From Selaginella moellendorffii (Eukaryota > Plantae > Lycopodiophyta), in the NCBI RefSeq assembly GCF_000143415.4, contig NW_003314289.1:215109-279108 (forward strand): 64,000 bases of DNA, read 5' to 3'. The notes under the pieces are model-generated. The model saw nothing but the letters and a program-made list of their open reading frames with translations. It was not told the DNA's origin and made no database searches. Each line of letters begins with the position of its first letter. The first letter of the stretch is position 1. Below are positions 36,878 through 49,100 of this stretch, in pieces. Both the position numbers and the translations under genes were made by a program.

Positions 36878-39800
36878 ATTTTATCAAGCGTAGGCCATCT
36901 ACAATTTTTCATATGCTAACTCAACCAACTTATTTTACAGAGTTAATATGCTTATTGGATGTTGCAATTACAAGTCTTTGACTTTGTCATCCTAACTGAG
37001 AATGAATACATATTATCTAATGACCTTTAGTATCACTTTTGTTAATTGTTCCTCTTGACTTGGTTATGATTTTTGAGACACCTTATAGTGGTTTATTATC
37101 CTTGTTATACAAACTACTAACAATTTTATGAGAAGATTTTTTTCCATCCCTATCTCAACAAGTAAGATATCCACTTTTTCAAAAGATAGTGAAGTTTCTT
37201 TTGGTGGTTGATAATTTGTACCATTACTAAGAGGATGGCATTTGTTAGTTGCATTGACTTAGATGAATCTACAGTTATACTCCAAGCTATACATGACTAC
37301 AATTGTCATTATGCAGTTATAACAACCAGTAGAAAGGTATTTATGGCCTAATCGCTAATGTTTGATTTGTTAAACACTTGGCTAGTAATTTGAGATGGTC
37401 TATATTAAAAATAAACATCCACTACATTATAGATTGAGGTAATTTCTTATGTGGCAATAGACTAGGACATTACAATAATTTTATCTATAGTAATTTTTGC
37501 TAGTACCATGCATCATTTTATTTGATCATGAATCTTATTTCCTTGGTTTAGTGGTGAATATCTTAATTCTGAAGCTCAATATCACCCATTTAAAATTTAG
37601 TGCTTACTTGCCTCAAAAGAATAGATAAATAAAGATTATAAATAAGTTTGTAAAATAGATTCTCTAGAAGTTAAAAATTATAGAATAAGAATGTTATAAT
37701 GCCAAATATCCATCTCAACATATAATGTAATTCCCCTAAACCAACCAAAAGAGTCAGATTTAAGGCTTGTTTTAATACCAAATATAAACTCTTGAATTTG
37801 GACTTCTCAAGAGGTCATCTAGCCTAATATTATTTAAACCTACCCAATATTATTTAAACCTAAGAACGCTTATATCCCAGGACCTTTAACCAATTAGAAA
37901 AAAGGGTACACTCTTAAGTTGTTCCCTTTGATTGCTTACACGTTAATAGTGTATTCACTAAGCCAAAGAGGAGGACTCACTACAAAAACTCCCCATGATT
38001 TAGGAAAAATAGTTTTTGAGCTAATCTTATTCATGTAAGGAACCGACTCCCCGAGATGTCGTAGGCTAAAGGATCCCCGAAAGCTTGACCGAAATGACAA
38101 AGAGTTCATCGGATGGGACCGAGTCGAAGATCGAGTCCAAGACCGACTCTGAGACCGAGTTCGAGATAGAGTCCGGGATCGAGCCGAGGCCGAATCGGAG
38201 ACCGAGATCGAGACCGAGTTCGAGACTGAGTTCGAGACGGAGTCCGAGATCTAAATCGGGTCCGAGACCAAGTCCGAGGTCGAGTCCGAAGTCGAGTCCG
38301 AGATCGGGTCCGAGATCGAGTCCGAGATCAAGTTCGAGACCGAGTCCGAAGTCGGGTCCGAGATCGAGTCCGAGATCGATTTTGAGACTAAGTCCACATA
38401 CTAATACAGCTCAAGGGGTGAAAGCCCAAAGCATGTGTCTCCCAGGGGGGGGGGGTTGCAGGGGGTTCCAAGAGTATAGTAGGGATAGTGAGGTTCAGGA
38501 ACCAGTCTTGAAGGAACTCTCCAGTGGGGCTTCCAAACCGACTTGAGGTTGAGACTGGGGCCAAGGGGCCTTGGGTGGGAGTGAGCATGGGCTTGAGTGG
38601 TGCCGGAGGGGCCACCCAGGGAAGTGCTCAAGAGCAACTCCCACTCCCGAAAGGGAAACCGACTACAGTGCTCCCGACTCATGTGGAGTGGTGCCCCACT
38701 TGAGTACCTTGTGGCTCATTGGTCCTCGCCCTTCCTAGGGGCTTGGGCCTTCCCTTCGGGATGGAAGTGGGGGGGGTAGAGGTACCCATACCGGGCCGTT
38801 AGGCCACGGTGTTTCGCCCCAATGTCCCGAAGCAAGCGTTGCACCCAAGGCTTGGGATTTAGAGGGTCCCATGATCAAGTCTTGTGGTACCAAGGGGTGT
38901 TAGGAATCTGGAGGCTTTGTGTGCTTATCTGCTTGTGCCTGCAGGGAGTGTAGCTGAACCTTAAGTCTAGTCTAACCCGGGGAGGGGGATTGGGAGAGAT
39001 TTGGGAATCCGTAGATAGATGGCTAAAACTCCGTTGCTCGTGCAATGAGTAGCTAAAACCAAATAGGACCAAGTAGGAGCTGGTACCATAGGCGAGAACC
39101 TTGGCGAGGGAACTTAGCACAAGCCAAGGCAAAGTTGGTCGGATAGACGAGGTAAGCTGGCAAATTGGAAAGGAAAAATTTGTGGCTTACAATTTGGTAT
39201 CGGAGCCTTTTCCTCAGTTCTAATGAAGGATAGAGGCGGATTACTGGGAGATGGCAAGGGCAGGGCGTAAGCGAACCCAAGCGGAGACGGAACCTCCGCC
39301 AGAGCTAGAGCCTCCGGTCGAACAAGAGGCTATGGATGAGGAATCCTTGCATGAGGAGGACTCCAGTGAGAAAACTTCCAAACAGGAGTCCGGTGGCGAA
39401 GTTCGGTCGTCCAAGGCTCGATTGGACGTTCTAGAAGGACAATTGGCACAGACCAATGCCCTGTTGGAGACTCTTGAACGCAAGCTAAAGCGTGATGAAA
39501 AGCGGAAGAAAAAGCAAAAGACTGCGGATGCTGGCAGTGCAGAAGGTGCGGACCCTTCGGCAGGGACTGAGGTAAAACCAGACAAGGTCAAATAGACCGA
39601 AGTGGAATCAGTCCCTCAGGTAGTTCCCAAGTACAAACCAAAGCCCCCACCGGTCTTCAAGGGAGTGAACGACTATAAAGTGGTGGAGGATTGGTTTTAC
39701 AATATGGAGGACTACTTTCGAGCGTTCCGATTACCGAGCTCGGAGAAGGTCCCATGTGCAAAACCATACTTGGCAGATAATGCCAAGTCTTGGTGGAGAA

Positions 39801-42800
39801 TGACAAAGGCCAACGAAGGACCAGTGGCCACTTGGGAAATGATGAAGGCGAGGATCCGCGCAACTTACGTTCCTCCAAATGCTACTCTGCATCTAAGGGA
39901 TGAGCTGAGTAGGCTGAAGCAGACCGGAACCATTCAGAAGTATGTGAATGGGTTTATGGCAAAGAGGATACTTGTCACAGACATGGGGGATATGGATGCA
40001 TTCCATGCCTTCATATCAAGTTTGCAAACCTGGGCTCGCGGTGAAGTGATGCGGTGGAACCCGACCAACTACAAGGAAGCGTTGGATGCGGCCATCAAGG
40101 TGCATTTCAACGATAACCTGCGAAAGGGGAACATGACGGGGTCGGGATCCACGTTTAGCAAAGGGGCCAAACCAAGGGGAATGTTTAGCAGAGGGAAATT
40201 CAAGAAGAGTTTCTCTAAGAATGAGTCCTTGGGGTTCCGGAAAGGCAAATCCGGTGGCCAACGAGCGAGTACGTGGGGGAGTTAAGCGAAAAGAGACAAA
40301 CCCATGGATAAGAAGGTCAAGTCGTATAGCAGCGTGGGAAACAACGTATGCTACAACTACAGTGAAGCGGGACATTTTCAAGGGAATGTCCCTACCCGAA
40401 GAAGGCCAGAGCCAATATGGCCATCAAGTCGGGTGAAGTCCAAATTGAGGTATGTGATCTAGTCCCTAACTCAAAGTTACTCATTACACGAGCAACTTTG
40501 GTAGAGAGTCGTTCGCAACATCTACTAGCCCTCCGGGGGAAGCTCGGAGGTAGCTTTGTTAAAATCCTTATTAACACAGGTGCTTTGGATAATTTTGTGG
40601 CTGCAGACATAGTCCGGCAAGCCGGACTAATGGTGTAGCGGCTAGGGGAACCAAGGACTATAGAGTTTGTTCAAGGTAGCCAAAGCACCGATGAGGTACT
40701 TCGACAAGCGAGAGTCGAAGTAGGGACATGGAAAGTGGACATGGATTTCACCGTGTTAGACATGGCGGGATTTGACGTGATCTTCGGAATGGACTGGTTC
40801 AATCGGTTCGTGGTAGCCTTGCATGGACAAGGTAGAAACCTTGTGGTACTGGCGAATGCCCAAGGAAGAAGGTCCAGGGTGGAGGCCCAGGATCTAAAGG
40901 TAGGGCAAAGCAAGGCCAAAGAATCTTGCTTAAACCTGGTGTCCACGAAAGGACAACTCACTAAAGGAACTAAGGCAGCATTTTTGTGCTTACTCTCGGT
41001 GAAGAGTGACAAAAAGACAGGAACGGAAGAAATACCTTTAGTGATCAAACAGGTGTTGGACTAATTCCAGGATACCATGCTGGAGGAGTTACCGGCGGGG
41101 TTGCCCCCCGCACGACCGATAGAACATAAGATTGAACTGGTCGAGGGTGCTGGGGCGGTGGTTCGTCCCCCCTATCATTTGAACGAGAAAGAACTCGAGG
41201 AGCTCAAGCGCCAACTAGAGGAGTTTGTGGACAAAGGGTACGTTAGGTTGAGCAAGTCGCCGTATGGGGTGCCGGTGTTATTTGTGAAAAAGAAAGATGG
41301 ATCTATGCGCATGTGCATAGACTACCGATTGCTCAACAAGTATACAAAGAAGAACAAGTACCCTTTGCCCCGGATTGAGGACCTGTTCGATAGGTTGGGC
41401 AAGGCAAAATACTTCTCGAGGATTGACCTAAGGTCAGGATACTACCAGATCAGGGTAGCCGAGGAAGATGTCGAGAAGACAACCTATCGAACGAGATATG
41501 GGAGCTTCGAGTTTCTGGTGATGCCCTTCAGGCTATGCAATGCACCGACAATGTTTTCGGCATTGATGAACCACATCTTTGTACCCTATCTGGATCACTT
41601 CGTGGTCGTCTATATCGACGACATCCTGATCTATAGTGAGACACTAAAGGAGCATGCCGAACACTTAGCGAAGGTGTTTGAGAAACTAAGGGAACACAAA
41701 CTGTATGCTAAAGAGAGAAAATGTGACTTTGCTCAACAAAAGGTAAAGTTTCTCGGGCATGTGGTGGGCCAGGACGGGCTCAAGGTGGACTCAGAGAAGG
41801 TCCAAGCGATCCAAGAATGGGAGCGACCATCGAATGTACACGAGTTGAGGGCATTCTTGGGGCTATGCAACTACTATCGAAAGTTTATCAGACACTATTC
41901 GAGAGTAGCCCTGCCCTTAACAGACCAAACAAGAAAAGGGAAGATGGTATGGACAGCGGAATGCGAGGTAGCATTTGTCCACCTCAAAGGGAAGTTGAGG
42001 AAGGCTCCCGTATTGACATTACCAAACTTTGGTAAGGACTTTGAGGTAGAAACGGATGCTTTAGACTTTGCGTTGAGCGCAGTTTTGAAACAAGACAACC
42101 ATCCGATAGCGTTCTTCTCGAAGAAGTTGGACAAGGCTCAAAGGAAGTGGCCTGCCCACGAGAAGGAATTGTTTGCGGTGGTCAAGGCGCTCAAGGAGTG
42201 GCGACACTACCTTGGGAGACACTTCAAGGTTTATACGAACAATGTGGCAACGAAACACTTCTTATCACAGCCCGACCTGAGAGGGAAACAAGGTCGGTGG
42301 GCCAATGCCTTGGTCGAGTTTGATTGCGAAATCCTGTACAAGCCTGGGAAGAGCAACATCGTGGTGGATGCGCTAAGTCGAAAAGTGAGCTTGAGGTTGG
42401 CAATATCCAGCGCAATAGCAACCTTCTGGGATGATGTGCGGACAGCATATGAGAACGATGGTCTAGCACAAGAAGTGTTGCTGAGGAATCTAGAGGCACG
42501 GGAAGCTCACCAGAGAGGTAAGCTGCCAACAGAAAAGAAAACAGGCTATGCGGAACGCAATGAACTCATCTATTACAAGCAAACGAGGGTGTATGTTCCA
42601 GAAGGGGAACTAAGGAAGGTAGCCTTAGAAGAGTGTCATGACGGACCTCTTGCGGGACACGGTGGAGTGCCCAAGACAATGGGCTTACTCAAGAGGAAGT
42701 ACCATTGGCCAGATATGGCTAAGGACGTCTAAGACTATGTAAAGACATGTCCAACATGTCAGCAGGTAAAAGCTGTGACTAAGGATAGTGGGGGCTTGTT

Positions 42801-43123
42801 GCAAAGCATCCCAATTCCAGATTGTCCATGGAAATGTCTTACGATGGACTTCATCACGGGACTCCCCCCAAGCGAGGGGTTTGATGCAATATTCGTGGTG
42901 GTGGACCAATTTTCGAAAATGGCACATTTCATACCCACCACAACGAAGGTGGATGTGGAAGGTGTGGCGAAGCTATTCTTCGAACAAGTGGTTCGAGTGC
43001 GAGGAAGACCGGAAGAGATCATCTCAGATCAAGATAAGATCTTCACCAGTAGGTTCTAGAGGACTCTCCTGGAACAGTATCGCACCAAGTTGAAATTCAG
43101 CACAGCCTATCACCCACAGACAG

Positions 43124-43169
43124 GTATGGGGTATTAAGTCAAGTTGTTGGCACTAACACTTCTTGACAG
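43124..43169 (+). other. Putative 46-nt GT-AG intron inside the retrotransposon integrase core
   Basis: CAG|GTATGG...CACTAAC...TTGACAG|AT; removal gives AYHPQT-D-GQTERVNR. Confidence 0.85.
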
Positions 43170-43587
43170 ATGGACAAACAGAAAGGGTGAATAGGCAGCT
43201 GGAGGATTATTTGCGATGCTATGTCTCGGGAGACCAGACCGATTGGGTAAGTCATTTGGGACTTGCGGAAATGTGTTATAACAACTCACCACATTCGAGT
43301 ATCGGGGTGAGTCCATAGGAAGTCATCAATGGGCGAGCTATTGAAGGTCCTATGGAACTCGGCGTGGCCGAGTATCATGGAGAGTTGCCCGCAGTGGAGG
43401 CATTCACGGTGGAAAGACTCAACATTTGGAATCTAGTGAGGGATTCCTTGGAACGGGCTCAGCAAAGGCAAACCAAATACGCGAACCAGAAGCGTCGGGA
43501 TGTAGAGTTCCAAGCTGGGGAGAAGGTGTGGCTGAACACCAAGAACCTCAGACTACCAAGTGGGATTAGCCAAAAGTTGACCCAAAG

Positions 43588-43639
43588 GTAAAGATGCATA
43601 TATTCCTGTAAATGAATTGATCTTGAGTTCCTTAAGCAG
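43588..43639 (+). other. Putative 52-nt GT-AG intron inside the integrase GPY/F region
   Basis: AAG|GTAAAG...CTTAAGCAG|G; removal gives KLTQ-R-FAGPYEI, in frame with the chromodomain. Confidence 0.85.
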
Positions 43640-45370
43640 GTTTGCGGGGCCTTACGAGATTGAGGCACGAATCGGTAAAGTGGCTTACCGTCTCCGACTT
43701 CCTTGAGAGATGGGGAAGATGCACCCAGTGTTCCATGTGAACTTACTCAAGCCGTACTTTGAGGATCCGCTTCGCAAGGACTAAGTGAGACTTTTACCTA
43801 AGGTTATCCAAGGGGAAGAGGAATACGAAGTCGAGGCCATCCTCAATGCGCGCAAGAGTAAGCGACAAGGACGCGAGGTGAGAGAGTTCCATGTGAAGTG
43901 GAAAGGATTTCCACACTGCAAAGCAACATGGGAACCGGAGGAGAACCTAGCGAACGCGCGAGATCTAGTGGAGGAATTTCTGCAAGGCAGAACTCTATGT
44001 ACTTATGCAAAGTTCAATTAAAAATATCAATTTGCAAAGTTGAGGAAGTGGCATATGTTGGGAACCGAAGGCGCGCCAAAGGTAAGCTAATTAGCATGGG
44101 TTGGATAGGTCGACCAGGCGTAGGGCACTACGCCCGACGCCCCACGGGGATGTCGAATCCGTAGACGTATTCTACGGAGGTTGGGTTCGAGTCCCAACCC
44201 CCTAGTAAAGCAAGGCTGGGTTCAAGTCTCGACCCCATACTAGGGCGTGGTGAGGTGAGGGGTATAGGGACACCTATATTCTGTTGTCATGGGCTCTTGG
44301 CCGGGGAGGCTAACTTAGGCACACCACTAAGTGGGGGGATGCCCCCGGAGACATGGTCAACAAGTTGTAGGATAAAAAGAGACGTTCGATGTGGGCATCG
44401 AACTTCTTCTATGGGTGGTGGAGTTGTAAGGAACCGACTCCCCGAGATGTCGTAGGCTAAAGGATCCCCGAAAGCTTGACCGAAATGACAAAGAGTTCAT
44501 CGGATGGGACTGAGTCGAAGATCGAGTCCAAGACCGACTCTGAGACCGAGTTCGAGATAGAGTCCGGGATCGAGCCGAGGCCGAATCGGAGACCGAGATC
44601 AAGACCGAGTTCGAGACAGAGTCCGAGATCCAAATCGGGTCCAAGACCGAGTTTGAGGTTGAGTCCGAAGTCGAGTCCAAGATCGGGTCCGAGATCAAGT
44701 CCGAGATCAAGTCCGAGACCGAGTCCAAAGTCGGGTCCAAGATCGAGTCCGAGATCGATTCTGAGACTAAGTCCCTTTGTCCCTGAGGCTGCAGGGGGTT
44801 CCAAAAGTATAGTAGGGATAGTGAGGTCCAAGAACCAGTCTTGAAGGAACTCTCTAGTGGGGCTTCCAAACCGACTTGAGGTTGAGACTGGGGCCAAGGG
44901 GCCTTGGGTGGGAGTGAGCATGGACTTGAGTGGTGCTGAAGGGGCCACCCAGGGAAGTGCTCAAGAGCAGCTCCCACTCCCGAAAGGGAAACTGACTGCG
45001 GTGCTCCCGGCTCATGTGGAGTGGTGCCCCACTTGAGTACCTTGTGGCTCATTGGTCAAGCTGGTACCATAGGCGAAAACCTTGGCGAGGGAACTTAGCA
45101 CAAGCCAAGGCAAAGTTGGTCGAATAGACGAGGTAAGCTGGCAAATTGGAAAGGAAAAATTTGTGGCTTACAATTCAATAATTCAAATTTGGTTATAGTT
45201 ATCAAAGCCATAATTAAATTTTCCATTCCACTTTAGTCATTTAATTTCTTTGACCACTTGAAAGAGTCTTATTGATATATGCTATGACCCTAAAGGTGGC
45301 TTCATTTACACTTGGTACAAATTTTCCACATATCTAAATTCTATTTTCTCAAAGGTACCAATAATGTATT

Positions 45371-46856
45371 TGTGAGACACAAATCCCTAAGTCCCAGAAT
45401 GGAGTAGAAAGGGTGCCACATGATAGTGGTTGAAGTGGAAGTCCAACAAGTGTAATATATTTGGATCAAAGGCTCTGACTTAAAAGTCAAGAGTGGGAGT
45501 GGAACTCCGAATAAAATATTTGAGGAATGAATACAAAACAATTAGTAAATGAGTCTCTAAAAAGGGACACAAAAAATATTGACACATGGCAAGTGTCATG
45601 ATACATAGAAGTGTCAAAAACGAGTCTGAAAAGGAGTTCAAGAAGGAATCTGAGATGGAGTTTGAGATGGAGTTCGAGAAGGAATCCAAAATGGAGTCTG
45701 ATATAGATCTGAAATGGATCCAAGATGGAGTCTGACATGGAGTTTGATATGAACTCAAAATGAACCCAAGATGGAGTCCAATATGGAGTCTGATATAGAT
45801 TTGAAATGGACCCAAGATACTCAATATGGAATCTGAAATGGACCCAAGATAGAATCCGACATGGACCCAAGATGGAGTCTGAGATGGACTCAAGATAGAG
45901 TTTGAGGTTGAATCCAAACTGGACCTAAAATGGAGACCGAAACTGAAACCAAGACCGAGTCTGAGACCAAGGCTGAGTCTGAGTCTGAGTCCAAATCTGT
46001 GGCCAGGAAAGGCTAGTGTGAATAAGGAAGGCTATACCCATGTGGTGGGGGAATGATATAACCACTAAAAAATTCAAGGCTAAAGTGAATATGAATGGAC
46101 AAGTGGGGTAAATTGGTGAAGTGTTCAAAAGTTAACTCTAACTCCCCTAAGAAATTGAATAGTTGATACTTCCAATCCAAGTATGGGTGGCATTACCTTG
46201 TGGCTCATTGGAACTTTGCTCTAGCCATATGGCTAGGGCACTCAAAGGCAAAAGGTGGGAACTGATAAGGTTTGTGTAGGGCTACAGTGTTTTGAAATAT
46301 TATTCTAAAATCCTAAACTATGGAAAGGAAGAGAAGTAATCCTTTTGTCTAATGATCAAGGATGTAATCATGTGGCAAGGAAGTCCCAAAGGTCAATGGG
46401 ATGTAGTGGTTATGCCTTCAAGCCCTAACCTAGTGGTAATGTTGGTGAATACAGCTAAAGATGGAGAAGAATTTAGTGGGGACCAAAAAAGGGATGTTGG
46501 GGAAGGTTGTTCTCTATGTCTCCAAACATTTTAAGGATGCTAAAGAATGGCTCTAGGATGACCACTTATAAATAAATGATCTAATCTTTGAGAGATAGGA
46601 TTATAGCATGGGTGGTCTAAAATTACTAATGAGATAAGAGTAAATGAATATGGCTTTAGTATAACAAGCTAATATGTTAGATCAAATACATAAAGCATTT
46701 GGATCAAGTGCAAAGGCTGAGTGGCATAGATGCCATTCATGGGGCTAACAAGTCCCTAAGTCTAAAATAGGAATTATGAAGGTTGTGAGACTTCACCCAA
46801 ATGGTCAACAGTATGGTTAAGTGATTAAAATAAAATGGAAAATTTAGTTGCTTATA
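45371..46856 (+). mobile_element. Older solo LTR of the same family as 35311-36877
   Basis: TGTGAGACAC start, colinear reverse-complement similarity, flanks GTATT/GTGCC (possible TSD differing only by transitions). Confidence 0.75.
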
Positions 46857-47299
46857 GTGCCCTCTTACATTAAATCCATATCTATTCTTACTATCTTATT
46901 AGTAGTTCAAGACCATCATTACTATAGACAAACAAAACCATCTATTTCATAAATAGTTATCTTATAATCACTATTTACCATCTTTAGGATCCCCACTATC
47001 GTCTAATCAAATCTCTCTTTATTCATAGTAATATTCATCAACACTATATTAAAGTGTTTTTAAAACCTATTGACCATAGAGACTTCCTCACCATGTAACC
47101 ATACCTTTTGTTATTAAGTAAAAGGACCAATCCTCTTCCTTTCTATAGTCAAAAATTTTGAGATGATTTCAAAACATTGCAAATCAATATAATCCTCATA
47201 GATACTCCCCCTACCTTCAATAACTAGCCATATGGCTAGAACAAGGTGTAAGCAACTAAGAAAATAACTTAAGAGACAATCCATAACAGTCAAAAATAA

Positions 47300-49100
47300 A
47301 GGGAAAGGGGTTATAAACAAAAGTGCACCTCCTTTTTAAATTAATTAAAAGTTTTGGGATGTGTCGAGTTAAGTGTCTTTGGGTTTGAATAATATTGGGT
47401 CTTAAGAAGTTTAAATTTAAGAGTTTATATTTGGTATCACATGATATGTTGAGATTGACATCTCGCAAGTCCAATTTTCTTTGGCTAAGTTTGACATAAG
47501 GGGTAGGATGTCAAAAGAGTAGAGCTCTCAAGAAAGTTGCAACTTTCAAATTTTATTGCTTTTGGGAGGGTCGTGGCTGTTAACTTTTGTTCACGAGGGT
47601 GTAATGGATTATGAACAATTAAAGAGAATAACTCAAAATATAAAGGGAAATGGCCCATGAACAAGAGTGCACCCCCTTTTTTAATTTATTAAAGGGCTTT
47701 TTCAAATTCAAGAGCTTATAGAAGGTTTTAATGAGTCATATAAAGTATCCAAGTATATAATGCCACCCCAACTTAGATTAAGAGCATTGACTATTTCATC
47801 TTCTAAAAGAATTAAATCTAACTATAAATCACAACATCTATATCATATTCTCTCTATCTCTCAAGTAGGTCTAGGAACCAGGTTAATCTCATGCTAAATC
47901 TCATGTTCCAGAGGCAAACCATTAGGCAACTCATCAAGAAATATATCACAAAACTCCTCCTAAATGTGATTCATATAAAATTTATATCCATGAATATACT
48001 CTAAAGTATTAATCAATAGAGTATCACTATTATCTATCCTCAAAATTTTCTTCACAATGCTATTAGCTTTGACATTCAAGAAATTATGCTCCCAATGAAT
48101 CCTTGACCTCCTATTATAAAACCATTTATTCCCAAAAATGACATTATGTAACAAAATTTATAACCTAGAATGTCAAGAATCCCCTAAACCATTAAAAAAC
48201 CATTTAGAGCCCATTCACTATAAATACAAGTTTTATTAACTATAACCACTTCATAAAAGCTCTTCTTTACAGGTAAACTATGTCTCTTCACCACCTTAAA
48301 GCTCAAAACATTGAGTATGGCACCTAAATTAAAAAAAATATTAGCCTCATTACCTTGAATATCTTTATAAGCTGATTGCATATAAAACTATTGAGCTTCA
48401 CAAAACTCAAAATTTAGGTTCTTGAACATTTGCTATAGGGCTTGGAAGAGATATCACAATATACTTCTAATTTATATCCACAATTGATTTAATTATATTC
48501 ATCTTAGCATTCCTTGACCCTTTCACAAAAAGATAACTTTTATCATGATATCCACTCTTGTTGCAATAAAAACAATTACCCTTTATATTGTCTTTGTACT
48601 AATCTGAATGGAGCTTTTTAGCCTCATTGCCATCTCTATTCTTTGAGCCTAATTCATCCATCACAAAAGTAGTATAACTTATAACATTCATCACAAAAAA
48701 GCTAATTTTCCCCTTGTCCTCACAAAGGTTGTAAGACTAGCAACTTTCTCACAACTCTAACCAACAATAAACCTCATAGTTGTTACAAATATTTAGTGAT
48801 AATTTCTATTCCATAATACTATAATGCTTGGTATATTTGATATACTAATGGTAATCACAGACATACAATTGATTTATATCTTAAATATTAATTCAAAGTA
48901 GAAAATTCTTGATGAAATTAATTGAATCATTTACTTCCTTGATGTCCTTAGTAATCTAGTGTCTTTGCCTCCTGACAACATCATTAAGAGCTTCCCCCAA
49001 AAGAACATACTACTTGCATCTTGTTATATTTGGCCATTTGAGATTATTAAGAAAATCAATAAAATGTTATGCAAACTAAAAGTGTTTAGTACATCTAGTT
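47300..49100 (-). mobile_element. Decayed Gypsy gag/protease/RT fragment with adjacent LTR pieces
   Basis: Minus-strand CFYCNKSGY knuckle (about 48560) and FLDELPNGLP..HEINLV RT start (about 47900). LTR-like pieces at 47320-47430 and 47655-47720 match about 31915-32040 and 37790-37930 in opposite orientation. Confidence 0.65.

Larger units (their letters stand above)
39251..44021 (+). pseudogene. Gag-Pol polyprotein of the chromovirus (premature stops, one frameshift, two intron-like interruptions in integrase)
   Basis: gag 39251-40416, protease ILINTGA, RT ([20 protein letters not shown]), RH (ETDA, WRHYL), IN ([23 protein letters not shown]), chromodomain YEVEAIL..VKWKGF..TWEPEENL. Confidence 0.93.
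38034..45172 (+). mobile_element. Full-length Ty3/Gypsy chromovirus; 5' LTR 38034-39191, 3' LTR 44425-45172, TSD ATTCA
   Basis: TGTAAG...TTACA LTRs, ATTCA at 38029-38033 and 45173-45177, iMet PBS TGGTATCGGAGCC at 39195, gag-PR-RT-RH-IN-chromodomain order. Confidence 0.96.

Noticed and set aside
36104-36919. Low-complexity ORFs (ETETG, SDSDS, LGLGLG; also SPRSSPR at 38085 and 44476)
   Set aside because: Translation artefacts of the hexamer satellite in LTRs, which is stop-free in several frames.
39593-43784. Stops as U-to-C editing or programmed readthrough sites
   Set aside because: Nuclear TE with an added frameshift and a protease Asp-to-Asn change; ordinary deamination decay is enough to explain them.
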